Assembly (NCBI GenBank): GCA_031962025.1
Contig: JAVRKW010000010.1
Length of the DNA: 59,010 bases
Origin: Pseudothermotoga sp.
GTDB lineage: Bacteria > Thermotogota > Thermotogae > Thermotogales > DSM-5069
Direction: 5' to 3' (one strand)
Shown here piece after piece: positions 20,098 through 30,190 of this stretch. The notes below the pieces were generated by a model. That model had not been told where the DNA came from. It saw only the letters and a program-made list of their open reading frames with translations, and did no database searches. The position numbers and the translations under genes are program-made. The number at the start of each line of letters is the position of its first letter. Positions within the stretch are counted from its first letter, which is position 1.

Positions 20098-20185
20098 GCC
20101 GAGGTGGCGGAACAGGCAGACGCGACTGACTCAAAATCAGTTGAGGGATGACCTCGTGCGGGTTCAACTCCCGCCCTCGGCACCA
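20098..20185 (+). tRNA. tRNA-Leu(CAA)
   Basis: GCCGAGG acceptor stem, anticodon loop CTCAAAA, long variable arm, GGTTCAAC T-loop, encoded CCA. Confidence 0.95.
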
Positions 20186-20278
20186 TCTTCCCCCTTTTTT
20201 GAAAAACTCCATGTCAAAGTTCATTCAAAAACTGGTAAAATCTGTATCAGTATAACCTTTCAATTCTGGAGTGATCAC

Positions 20279-21750
20279 GTGGTTGAAAGAAAATATTTTG
20301 CCAGATCTTTCATTTTTATAATCCTGATGGGCTTGAGTATAGCTTTCTTTGGCTTTTTTGTACTGATCGACGTTTTTCTCAGGGTGAGTGATTCTGTCAA
20401 ACAGGATATGTTACAGGAGCTCAGCAGTAAGCTCGACATAGCTTTTCTTTTGATAAACCAGCATTATGAAAGTTATACCAGCGGTTTTTTTGACCAGTCC
20501 ACAGCACAGGAAATGACAAAACATCATCTGGAAAATATCTTTTACGGTCCAGAAAAACTGGATTATTTCTTTGTTTTGAGCAAAGAAGGCGTTCTAATAG
20601 AGCATCCATACCTGAAAGATTATCTGAATAAACCCTATAAACAGATAGAAGATCCCGTGTATCAAAAAACCGTGGAAAAATACTTCAGGCTGTAAAAGAC
20701 AACAAGCACTATGTAGAATACGAATTTTACAAGTACAAAAGTACTCAGATAGAACAAAAAGTGAGTGCGATAAGGGTTTTTGAACCATGGGGATGGATCG
20801 TCGGAACAGGTTACTACAGAACGACTCTTCTGTCAAAGATCAGATCCATTCAAAAAGACATTTCAACAGCTCTGTTTGCGCTTTTTGGTCTGGTTTTTGT
20901 GATTTACTTTGCCTTTTTAATTCAGTACAAAAATGACAGCCGCAAAATAACAGAGCTTCTAAGACAGGCTGCAACGGAAAAAGACCGCTTGAGAAAATTG
21001 ATTCAATCCATACCGCAACCCATAGCCGTTTTTGACCAGACTGGAAAGCTCATTGACTTTAACACGGCATATTCGCAAATACAAAATTATGATCCAAAAA
21101 CCAATTGCACCGATTCTCCAAAACTTGGTGAAATTACCCTAAAAAATGAATCTGGTACAAGGTTCTACACTGTGCAGTGCCTTTCAGTTTTGAGCCATGA
21201 TGGAAATCTCGAAGGTTTCATAAAACTCTTCACCGACATAACAGAGCAAAAATTGCAGATTATTTTCTGGCATGATAAAGCCAATCAGGATCCATTGACA
21301 AACATCGCAAACAGAAATGCCCTGGAAGAACTGATGGACAGTTTTCCAAACCTTGGACAAGAATTCTCCGTTATAATGACGGACATAGATGGATTTAAGC
21401 AAATAAACGACACATACGGACATTTAATTGGCGATCGTGTTCTTGCATATTTTGCAAAGACAGTCAAAAACTCGGTCAGAAAAGATACCATCATCGTGAG
21501 ATACGGCGGGGACGAGTTTCTTTTCATCCTGCCTCAAAGTGGAAAAGAATCTGCAAAGATCTTTGTCGATCGTCTCAGGAAAGAGTTCCAGGAGCCTTTA
21601 AAGATCGATGAAATGCAGATAGCACTGAGCTTTTGTGCGGGAATAGCAACTTTTCCAGAGGATGGCAAAAAACTCAGAGATCTGATTGAGCGAGCAGACA
21701 GAGCCATGTATGCGGCAAAATCGATGGGAAATGGTCAAACCGGTTTTTGA
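20279..21750 (+). pseudogene. Cache-PAS-GGDEF diguanylate cyclase split by a 1-nt frameshift
   Basis: First ORF ends mid-Cache domain (DYFFV....G..IEHP). One extra A in the A5 run at 20676-20680 joins it to ILQAVK..K.SAIRVFEPWGWIVGTG, a TM helix, a PAS-like region and RYGGDEF. Confidence 0.85.
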
Positions 21751-21772
21751 AGCTCAGAAGGGAGAGAACAAT

Positions 21773-22603
21773 ATGAGGGTTGCTCTTGTTTTTGACAGCA
21801 GTATAGATATACCTGCCGGATATGAGTTTCCCTTACCATACTATGTTCTGCCATTGAAGGTTTATGTTCAGGACAGAGAATTTCAAGACAAAATCGAAAT
21901 CACAGATGAACAATTTTATTCACAGGCATTATCCGGCAAGAAAGTTGGGACTTCCTTACCAAATCCCCTGCAAACTTCCCAGCTACTGACAAAACTCTCA
22001 AAAGAATATGACCATGTCTATATCGTGACGATCTCGAGCAAATTGAGCGGTACCTGGAACATGATAAGACTGGCTTTAGATCAGATGAATATCAAAAACG
22101 TCACGCTGATAGATTCAAAAAGTGGCAGCGTCAAAAGTTTCTACGTGGTCCACAGACTGATAAAAGACGTGCTCGATCAAAAACAGATCACAGAACAAAC
22201 AAAACAGCAGTACGTCGAAGACTCTCTTTTGCTGTTCAGTGTCACAACCCTTGATTACCTTCAAAGGGGTGGAAGAATAGGAAAAGCAAAGGCTCTTGTT
22301 GGCAAGATTCTAAAAATAAAACCCATTTTATCCACGAACGACGAAGGAGAAGTAGTGAGCCTTGGTCTGGCAAGGTCGATTAAACAGATCATCGATGAAA
22401 TGGTTAAAAAAGCAAAGAGTTTTTTGAAGTTTGAAGACTACGTTATCATTGGTGGATACGGCGTTCAGCAAATGAAACAGCATCTGGACGAACTTCTATC
22501 ACATTTTCCAGCTCAGAAAATACTCGGGATTTCCAGGATAGGTCCCGGCGTGAGTGCCCACGTCGGTCCGGAGGTTTTTGGGTTTGTGGTTGGTAAGGCT
22601 TGA
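21773..22603 (+). CDS. DegV family fatty-acid-binding protein
   Basis: DSSID, TSLP, ISSKLSGT, IDSKS, LDYLQRGGRI, LKIKPIL, HVGP. Confidence 0.95.
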   Translation: MRVALVFDSSIDIPAGYEFPLPYYVLPLKVYVQDREFQDKIEITDEQFYSQALSGKKVGTSLPNPLQTSQLLTKLSKEYDHVYIVTISSKLSGTWNMIRLALDQMNIKNVTLIDSKSGSVKSFYVVHRLIKDVLDQKQITEQTKQQYVEDSLLLFSVTTLDYLQRGGRIGKAKALVGKILKIKPILSTNDEGEVVSLGLARSIKQIIDEMVKKAKSFLKFEDYVIIGGYGVQQMKQHLDELLSHFPAQKILGISRIGPGVSAHVGPEVFGFVVGKA

Positions 22604-22663
22604 CAGAAAAAGTAATGTAAATCACATTATTCAGAAAATTCCAGTGTTAGGAAAGCAAGATCA

Positions 22664-22693
22664 TTGACAAAGTTCAGCTCAACGTGGTAGAAT
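22664..22693 (+). promoter_or_regulatory. Sigma70-type promoter for tRNA-Leu(GAG)
   Basis: TTGACA-N18-TAGAAT with TGn extension, 11 nt upstream of the tRNA. Confidence 0.75.
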
Positions 22694-22704
22694 TTTACTT
22701 GCCT

Positions 22705-22791
22705 GCCGAGGTGGTGGAACTGGCAGACACGCATGGTTGAGGGCCATGTGGGTATGAGCCCGTGCGGGTTCAAGTCCCGCCCTCGGCACCA
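22705..22791 (+). tRNA. tRNA-Leu(GAG)
   Basis: CATGG-TTGAGGG-CCATG anticodon arm, variable arm, GGTTCAAG, CCA end. Confidence 0.95.
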
Positions 22792-22816
22792 AAGGGAGCT
22801 TTAAGCTCCCTTTTTT
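22791..22816 (+). terminator. Rho-independent terminator after tRNA-Leu(GAG)
   Basis: AAAGGGAGCTT-T-AAGCTCCCTTTTTT. Confidence 0.85.
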
Positions 22817-22831
22817 GTTATACTCTTACTG

Positions 22832-23671
22832 GTGATGAATTTGGCAAAGTTAATCTGTATAGATCTTGATGGAACGTTGTTGAACGACGAAAAAAAGATC
22901 TCTGAGAAAGACAGAAAAACCATTGAACTTGCCAAAAGGCAGGGCTTTCACATCACGATATTCACAGGGAGAAACTACTATTCTGCCCTTCCCTATCTGC
23001 AGGAACTCTCAATAGAGATTCCCGTGGTTTTTCAGAACGGAGCACTCATCGCTACTACATCTGCAAATGAGATCTTTCGGATGATCAGTCTGGATTCAAA
23101 AATCGCTCTGAATGTGGTGAAACTGTGCAAAAAATATGATCTGTACTCTGTCGTGTACGAATCTTTCTTCAGTAAAGAAGATATGATCGTCGAAAGGGAA
23201 TATCATGGTGCATTTGAAAATTATTTCAATTTCAACAGACATCGGATTAAAAAGGTTGATCAGCTGGAAAATGTTCTGTACAAAGTCAAAAGCGTAGCCG
23301 AGGTTGCGGTAGTTGGTAAGGACGATCTGGTAGAAAGCCTCGTACTGAGTCTTTCGAACACGATGGATGGGTTCACACCCGTGAAAAATCAGCACTTAGA
23401 TGGTGAGATTTTCATGGAGATCTTTGGAAAAGATGTTGGCAAGGAAATAGCTCTCGATTTTCTGTTGAAGTTTTTTGGTTTGAACCTGTCTGATGTGGCA
23501 TACATAGGCGACAACTACAACGATCTGAAAATAATGCAAAAAGTTGGCTTTGCGGTTGCAATGGCAAATGCACCGCAGGATGTCAAAAATGTGGCAAAGT
23601 TTGTGACGTCTTCAAATAATGAATCTGGCGTATCACTGGCAATAGAAAAAATCATGGGGGCGATCACATGA
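22832..23671 (+). CDS. Cof-type HAD-IIB hydrolase
   Basis: DLDGTLL, TGR, NGA, K..A, GDNYND. Confidence 0.95.
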   Translation: MMNLAKLICIDLDGTLLNDEKKISEKDRKTIELAKRQGFHITIFTGRNYYSALPYLQELSIEIPVVFQNGALIATTSANEIFRMISLDSKIALNVVKLCKKYDLYSVVYESFFSKEDMIVEREYHGAFENYFNFNRHRIKKVDQLENVLYKVKSVAEVAVVGKDDLVESLVLSLSNTMDGFTPVKNQHLDGEIFMEIFGKDVGKEIALDFLLKFFGLNLSDVAYIGDNYNDLKIMQKVGFAVAMANAPQDVKNVAKFVTSSNNESGVSLAIEKIMGAIT

Positions 23672-24828
23672 TACAGCTTTCAAAACCCTATATCACTCAG
23701 ATCGAGATAGAAACAGTTCTTGAAGTTCTCAAAAGCGACAGATTGAGCATGGGCAAGTACACGGAGCTGTTTGAGAAAGAAATTGCACAGCTTGCCGGGA
23801 CAAAGTTTTCAGTAGCTGTTAACAGCGGCACATCGGCTCTTCACCTGATTCTAAAAGCACTTGGAATACAGCAGGGGGATTACATGATAGTACCATCCTT
23901 CACATTTGTTGCATCGGCGAATGTTGCACTTTTTGAAAAAGCCATACCGATTTTCGTGGACATAGATCCAAAGACGTACAACGTCGATCCTGCGGCTCTT
24001 GAGATCCTTTTGAACAAAATAGAGCAGGGTCGAGTGCATATAAACGGTCAGCGCGTTAGAATCGACAGAGTACGCTTTTTCATGCCGGTCGATGTCTTTG
24101 GACAGCCAGCCGATTATGACAGGATAGAGCCGATTGTGAAAAAATACGACCTGAAAATGATAGAAGATTCCTGTGAAGCCCTTGGATCTGAGTACAAAGA
24201 TAAACCATGTGGTAGCTTCGGCAAAGCCGGGGCATTTGCGTTTTATCCAAACAAACAAATCACCACAGGAGAGGGAGGAATAATCGTCACCAACGACGAA
24301 GAAATAGCCAGACTCTGCAAAAGCATGAGAAATCAGGGACGGGGAGAAGATGAAGACTGGCTCAATCACGTGCGCCTTGGTTACAACTACAGGATAGATG
24401 AACTGTCTGCGGCTCTTGGTTACGCTCAGCTCAAACATCTTAAAGAAATTCTGCACAAAAGAGATGAAGTTGCCAGACGCTATTATCAATTGCTGAGTGA
24501 GTTGAGCTGGGTTGAACCACCCTTCCTTGCCGATTACACGACAAAGATCGGCTGGTTCGTCTATGTGATAAAACTCGACGAAAAAATCAACAGGGACAGA
24601 GTTATTGACTACATGTCTTCACGCGGCGTGCAGACGAGAAACTACTTTGCCCCGGTTCATTTACAGCCTTTTTACAAAAAGCTTTTTGGTTACACAGAAG
24701 GCATGCTGCCGGTTACCGAACGGGTTTCAAAAAGTACACTTGCAATACCTTTCTACACAGATATGACCCTGCAGGAACAAAAAACAGTTGTAGAAGTTTT
24801 AAAACAAGCCGTGGAGAGGGTGGGTTGA
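23668..24828 (+). CDS. DegT/DnrJ/EryC1/StrS PLP aminotransferase
   Basis: NSGTSALH, EDSCEALG, FYPNKQITTGEGG, GYNYR. Confidence 0.95.
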   Translation: MIQLSKPYITQIEIETVLEVLKSDRLSMGKYTELFEKEIAQLAGTKFSVAVNSGTSALHLILKALGIQQGDYMIVPSFTFVASANVALFEKAIPIFVDIDPKTYNVDPAALEILLNKIEQGRVHINGQRVRIDRVRFFMPVDVFGQPADYDRIEPIVKKYDLKMIEDSCEALGSEYKDKPCGSFGKAGAFAFYPNKQITTGEGGIIVTNDEEIARLCKSMRNQGRGEDEDWLNHVRLGYNYRIDELSAALGYAQLKHLKEILHKRDEVARRYYQLLSELSWVEPPFLADYTTKIGWFVYVIKLDEKINRDRVIDYMSSRGVQTRNYFAPVHLQPFYKKLFGYTEGMLPVTERVSKSTLAIPFYTDMTLQEQKTVVEVLKQAVERVG

Positions 24829-26322
24829 GTGCTTTTTCTCATTCTTTCGTCTGTTTTGACCGCTCTTTCGATGCCGGGTTTTGTCGCCGGTTTTATCGTC
24901 TGGTTTGCACTCATACCGTTTTTCAAATCGCTTGAAGAAAAGGGACCGTTTTTTGGAGCTCTGTACGGTTTTCTGTACTTTTATTTCTTTTCTGCGATAA
25001 ACCTTTTCTGGGTACTACCAGTACTCACAGAGAACCTGCCGAAGGTCTTTGGTAAATTTCCCGGCTGGCTCGGCTTTTTCATCTTTTTGCTCATGCTTTT
25101 TATAGAAGCACTGCCGTTTGCAGCCTTTGGATTTCTTTACGGACTTTTGGAAAAAATTGTGAAAAAAAATCAGATCAAAGAGATACTGTTCACCGCTTCT
25201 CTGTACACGCTTTTTGATTTTGCCAGAAGCATTGGTGAAATGGGATTCACAGGTGGTACGCTTTCCGATGCCCTGTACAGAGATTTAGGTGTACTGCAAC
25301 TTGTTTCGGTAATCGGACCTTACGGCTTGACTTTTTTAATCGTCGCCGTGAACTGCTGGCTATACATAGTTTTCAGAAAAAGCACAAGACCGATTGAAAA
25401 GATTTCCCTGTACATACTCACGATAGTTTTTCTGTCATATCTGGTCTCTCTTTACCTACCTGTGGCAAAGAGTACAGACAAAACCATCACTGCGATTCAA
25501 ACAGATGTATCTCAGGATACCAAGTACAGTGAAAGTCCCTCTTATCTCTTCGGGCAACTTGAGCCGTTTTTGGCACAGGTCAAAGACACTGTAGTTGTAT
25601 TACCAGAAGATGTTTTTTCCTTCGATCCAAGAAACAACGATGTGGGAACAGAATTGATAAAACTTTGTGCAGAAAATGATTTAGACATTCTAATAGGTGC
25701 TGTATCTTCTGATTCGAAGACCTACAATTCTGTTTTTCTTGTCAACGAAAACGGTTTTGTGGACAGATATTCTAAAGTGAAACTGTTTCCATTTGTTGAG
25801 ACATTGCCGTATCAAAAGGTTTTTGGTGTTTTTTCCTTTCTGAAAGGTCTTTCTTACTTTGAGCCGGGTGAAGAATACAAACCACTCACGGTAAGAGATT
25901 ATCCACCGTTTGGTGTACAGATATGTTTTGAGTCGTATTTTTCCGAGCCGTCAAGAGAGCTTGTAAAAAAAGGTGCGCAGGTACTCTTGGTCTGTACAAA
26001 CGATGGATGGTTCAGTTTTGACACAGCTCTCAAACAGCATTTTGCAAAGTCCGTGATAAGATCTGTGGAGCAAAGAAGGCAGGTCATACAGGTCTCAAAT
26101 GCAGGCATTACCGGTATGATAGACCCTTACGGGAGAATTATGAAAACTGCCAGTCTCAGGCAATTTGAAAAAATAACCTTTGAACTCATGCCGAGAAAAG
26201 ACAGGACCATTTACTCGAAAATCGGGGACATCGCAGTGTGGTTTTCGCTTGGACTTGTGGTATTCATTCTACTTTTCCCCGGTAAGAAAACAATCAGTAC
26301 AAGAAGGAGGATATGGCAATGA
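24829..26322 (+). CDS. lnt: Apolipoprotein N-acyltransferase
   Basis: TM N-terminus; nitrilase-fold PE, YSK.KL.PF.E, QICFES, TNDGWF. Confidence 0.92.
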   Translation: MLFLILSSVLTALSMPGFVAGFIVWFALIPFFKSLEEKGPFFGALYGFLYFYFFSAINLFWVLPVLTENLPKVFGKFPGWLGFFIFLLMLFIEALPFAAFGFLYGLLEKIVKKNQIKEILFTASLYTLFDFARSIGEMGFTGGTLSDALYRDLGVLQLVSVIGPYGLTFLIVAVNCWLYIVFRKSTRPIEKISLYILTIVFLSYLVSLYLPVAKSTDKTITAIQTDVSQDTKYSESPSYLFGQLEPFLAQVKDTVVVLPEDVFSFDPRNNDVGTELIKLCAENDLDILIGAVSSDSKTYNSVFLVNENGFVDRYSKVKLFPFVETLPYQKVFGVFSFLKGLSYFEPGEEYKPLTVRDYPPFGVQICFESYFSEPSRELVKKGAQVLLVCTNDGWFSFDTALKQHFAKSVIRSVEQRRQVIQVSNAGITGMIDPYGRIMKTASLRQFEKITFELMPRKDRTIYSKIGDIAVWFSLGLVVFILLFPGKKTISTRRRIWQ

Positions 26323-27506
26323 GAGTAATTGCTATTGTGCTTGACAGTGTTGGTATAGGCGAAATGCCGGATGCCGATCAATACAACGACAGAGGGAGCA
26401 ACACACTTGTAAACACAGCAAAAGCAGTTGGAGGTTTGAATCTACCAAACCTGGCTAAAATGGGACTGGGAAATTTGGACGACATACCGAATGTTCCAAA
26501 AATGGAAGCGATCGGTGCTTATGGTATAATGCTTGAAAAAAGTCCCGGCAAAGATTCAACAACGGGGCACTGGGAGCTTGCTGGAATTATTCTGAAAAAA
26601 CCATTCGATCTTTTTCCGAATGGTTTTCCTAAAAAACTCATAGAAGAGTTCGAAAAAAGGACAAAAAGAAAGGTCATCGGCAACAAACCTGCATCCGGTA
26701 CTGAAATCATAAAAGAACTCGGACCTGAACATGAAAGGACAGGTGCTCTGATAGTTTACACATCGGCAGACAGTGTTTTCCAAATTGCGGCAAAAGAGGA
26801 AATTGTGCCGGTACAGGAACTTTACAGATACTGCGAAATAGCAAGAGAACTGCTCGATGAGATGGGATATAAAGTGGGAAGAGTAATTGCAAGACCGTTC
26901 AGCGGTGAATACCCAAATTACGTTAGAACGCCAAGAAGACATGATTACTCACTGCAACCAGAAGACGAGATGCTACTTGATATACTCACACAAAGCAACA
27001 TCCCCGTTTACGGTGTCGGAAAGATCTACGATCTTTATGCAGGCAGGGGTATAACGGAGAGTTTTAAAACCGAAGACAACGCAGATGGTATAAATACGAC
27101 AATAAGACTGATGGAAGAAAAGAAAGGTCCATGCATGATTTACACGAATCTGGTCGATTACGACATGAAATACGGTCACAGAAATGATCCACATGGTTAT
27201 GCCATGGCGCTTGAAGATTTCGACAGGAAACTGCCGCAGATTTTTGAAAGAATGCTTGAAGATGATTTTCTCTTCATCACGGCAGATCACGGCTGTGATC
27301 CCACCACTCCTTCAACAGACCACTCAAGAGAGAAAGTACCAATCCTGGTGTGTGGCGACAGAGTTTGCAGAAACACCAATATCGGCATTCGCGAAAGTTT
27401 TTCAGATTTTGGTCAGACAATAGCAGATATCTTCGGTGTAAAAAAACTCAAAAACGGCGAATCTTTCAAGCAACTGATCCTGTGCCAAAAGAGGGTGGAT
27501 AACTAA
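26319..27506 (+). CDS. deoB: Phosphopentomutase
   Basis: LDSVGIG, GKDSTTGHWE, YTSADSVFQ, GRVIARPF, GHRND, TADHGCDP. Confidence 0.97.
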   Translation: MRVIAIVLDSVGIGEMPDADQYNDRGSNTLVNTAKAVGGLNLPNLAKMGLGNLDDIPNVPKMEAIGAYGIMLEKSPGKDSTTGHWELAGIILKKPFDLFPNGFPKKLIEEFEKRTKRKVIGNKPASGTEIIKELGPEHERTGALIVYTSADSVFQIAAKEEIVPVQELYRYCEIARELLDEMGYKVGRVIARPFSGEYPNYVRTPRRHDYSLQPEDEMLLDILTQSNIPVYGVGKIYDLYAGRGITESFKTEDNADGINTTIRLMEEKKGPCMIYTNLVDYDMKYGHRNDPHGYAMALEDFDRKLPQIFERMLEDDFLFITADHGCDPTTPSTDHSREKVPILVCGDRVCRNTNIGIRESFSDFGQTIADIFGVKKLKNGESFKQLILCQKRVDN

Positions 27507-27605
27507 ACATATAACAAACGACTCAAATTTTCACACAAGTGTTAATATAAAAATATGAATAAGGCTGGTGTCCAATTTTCAACCAGCCAGAAGGGGGTGT
27601 TTGTG

Positions 27606-29015
27606 ATGTATTTCAAGAGGTTCTTACCGTTGATCCTTTTAGGAGTATCGCTTTTAGTCTTTGTCCTCTCATGCGCTGGACCAGTTATCGATCAAAATGA
27701 GCTAAATGAGCTTGTGCAAAATGCCACAGATTATCTGAACTCCGGCGATATAGATAATGCAAAAAGTGCTTTTGAAGATGTGCTGAAGAAAGATCCACAA
27801 AACCCAGAAGCGAATGCTGGTATGTCCGTGATACTTCTGTACGAAATAGTTCAAGAATATTACGACGAAATATCGGACATTGCAAACCAGCTCATGAACT
27901 TTTTTGGAGTAGCCAATCCTTTAGATTCTCAAACAAATCCTCTTTCTCTCGCAGGACAGCTCTTTGTGAAAATGAACATACTCCGCCTCCGCCAGCAAAA
28001 CCCAATAGAAATCTGGAACGATTCTTATCAAAATATCGCCGATACACTCTCAAGACTCCATCCTGAACTTAAAAAAATCGAGAAGCATCTTGAATGTGCA
28101 ATCACTAAAGATGAGACAATCACACTCTATCTGAACAGACTGGACTGGGACGGAGATGGAAATTGCGAACCAAACGCACCGCTCATATTCACAGACGGCT
28201 CAAGCACCTTTACGGCTCTGGACCTGATAAGAGGCAATGTCAACAACTTACATGGAATACCCGAAATTGACAAAAGTGGAGGAGATGCTTGGTTTGACTT
28301 TGAAACATTGCTTGCCGGGCAGAATAATGAAAACGTCTCCTTCGACGACAACGACTATCTGCTCCTGGACAAAGGCGAATTTTCTGCCATGCTCTTTGTC
28401 GTGAAAACGGCTCTTTCGTTTTCAGATCTTTTAATCACCTGGGATCTGACGATACCTTCTGATCTACCACTACCATCGGACAGTCAATGGCTTGAGGCTA
28501 TTTTAAATTACCTAGACACCAACAAAAACGGTATCATAGATAACACGGGAGATGGTGGTGAGTGGAACAATTTGAACCCGCTCTGGACTTTCAAAAGCAA
28601 TGGCAGTGAATATTTGAAAGATCTTTCAGACAGTATTTTGAAAGTAATCCAGTCAATCCTGTGGCTCAATCAGGATATCACAGAGGACAATCCCGGAGAT
28701 TTGCACAACATTACGCGCTATACTTTTATTGAACCGTTCCTTGATGAAAACATCAAGTCTAAACTGCAAAATATAGTGAACACACGCCGAGTGAATCTTG
28801 AAGACGTTTTTGGTCAGAAGATCACTTTCCCATACAAAATGACACAAACAGAAACAAAGGTTGCAACGATCACGGCGCTAGACCTTGGCGTGCTGAAAGA
28901 CAATCCTTCCAGATTTCAGAATCTCAAGTTTTTCTTCCCAACTGTCTATTTTTCATCAGGGTATTTCGAGTTCAAAGATCCAACCTTTGGAGGATTTTTG
29001 GTGATTGAAAGGTGA
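27606..29015 (+). CDS. Putative lipoprotein with an N-terminal TPR and DxDxDG loops
   Basis: Lipobox VLSC, TPR-like YL.SGD...A...F..VL..DP.N.EA, DWDGDG and DTNKNG. Confidence 0.75.
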   Translation: MYFKRFLPLILLGVSLLVFVLSCAGPVIDQNELNELVQNATDYLNSGDIDNAKSAFEDVLKKDPQNPEANAGMSVILLYEIVQEYYDEISDIANQLMNFFGVANPLDSQTNPLSLAGQLFVKMNILRLRQQNPIEIWNDSYQNIADTLSRLHPELKKIEKHLECAITKDETITLYLNRLDWDGDGNCEPNAPLIFTDGSSTFTALDLIRGNVNNLHGIPEIDKSGGDAWFDFETLLAGQNNENVSFDDNDYLLLDKGEFSAMLFVVKTALSFSDLLITWDLTIPSDLPLPSDSQWLEAILNYLDTNKNGIIDNTGDGGEWNNLNPLWTFKSNGSEYLKDLSDSILKVIQSILWLNQDITEDNPGDLHNITRYTFIEPFLDENIKSKLQNIVNTRRVNLEDVFGQKITFPYKMTQTETKVATITALDLGVLKDNPSRFQNLKFFFPTVYFSSGYFEFKDPTFGGFLVIER

Positions 29016-29025
29016 TTGAAACTGA

Positions 29026-29053
29026 ATAAAGGGATGCGAATGCATCCCTTTAT
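29026..29053 (+). terminator. Rho-independent terminator
   Basis: ATAAAGGGATGC-gaat-GCATCCCTTTAT. Confidence 0.85.
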
Positions 29054-29131
29054 ATTGATTCTCAATAATTTTTGATATTTTTCAGACAACAGTGGATGTT
29101 TACCGATCCTGTGCCAGAAGAAGGTGAGTAG

Positions 29132-29974
29132 ATGACTGAATATCTCATACTCTGGACCGAAGATATTGCGAAATTTGAACCAGAAAAGACCGTGGTAGTA
29201 TCTGTGCTTTCACCGATTGAAACACATGGTAAGCACCTGCCAGTGGGCACAGATGTTTTCATAGCCCGAGAAGTATTACAAAGAACCTGTCAGATTCTCT
29301 CTGAAAGATTCAAAATAATCCGTCTTCCTGATATGTGTCTTGGCTGTGATGCACAACCAGTCCCTGGATCGATATCTTTGAAATACAAAACACTGAAAAA
29401 CATGATCATCGAGATAGGCGAAAATCTTGCCAGAATGGGATTCAAATACTGGATCATTTTCGACAACCACGGAGGACCAAGACACCAGCTTGCTTTGGTG
29501 GATGCAGTTAATTATTTGAAGAAAAAACACAACTTCTCGCTAATAGTACCTTTCCTGCACATATTTCAAGAAATGCTTCAAGATTCTGAGCAGATAGGAA
29601 TACCAGCCGGTATGAACGGCGATCTGAACGATTTGCACGCAGGCACAAACGAAACTTCCATAATGCTCCACGTGCATCCTGAGATGGTTAAAAATTACAA
29701 TCTTCCAAAGTATTTTCCATTGAACAAAAGCCACCTGGGGAATTTTCTCAGATTTCTGGGATCAAGGGAATTAACAACCACTGTTGACTGGATCAAAGAT
29801 CCGAAAAATCCCTATTATCTTGGAGATCCTTCAAAAGCAGATTCTGAACGCGGGAAGAAAATGATAGATTACCACGTAAAAAGATCTGTGGAGTTGTTTC
29901 AAGATGCTTTGGATTGTAGATACCGTCCGCCAAAACTCTTCAACATGATCGTGCGCTGGCTTTTGAGAAGATAA
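29132..29974 (+). CDS. Creatininase family amidohydrolase
   Basis: E.HG.HLP.GTD, NHGG, HAG..ETS. Confidence 0.88.
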   Translation: MTEYLILWTEDIAKFEPEKTVVVSVLSPIETHGKHLPVGTDVFIAREVLQRTCQILSERFKIIRLPDMCLGCDAQPVPGSISLKYKTLKNMIIEIGENLARMGFKYWIIFDNHGGPRHQLALVDAVNYLKKKHNFSLIVPFLHIFQEMLQDSEQIGIPAGMNGDLNDLHAGTNETSIMLHVHPEMVKNYNLPKYFPLNKSHLGNFLRFLGSRELTTTVDWIKDPKNPYYLGDPSKADSERGKKMIDYHVKRSVELFQDALDCRYRPPKLFNMIVRWLLRR

Positions 29975-30190
29975 TTTCAACCAGAGCAATCACGTTGTTT
30001 CATTTTTACCAAAAACCAAGCAAGAAGACACCACCGTGAGATTAATTGTTGCAAATATGATACAAAACTCTTAACGTACATCCCGCAAATGAATGAAACC
30101 ATGATGGCAAGATTGGTTGATGAAACAGAAAATCTTCGGTGAATGTTAGTTCATCGGGTGTATAATACAGTCATCCAAGGGGGTGTCCTT

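Noticed and set aside
20078..20278. 5' extension of the 205-aa ORF
   Set aside because: It runs through tRNA-Leu(CAA); the real start is more likely GTG at 20279 after GGAGTG.
20098..22791. Direct repeats (GCCGAGGTGG and CCCGCCCTCGGCACCA) flanking the DGC-degV segment as attL/attR
   Set aside because: Both copies belong to complete tRNA-Leu genes with different anticodons; no integrase present.
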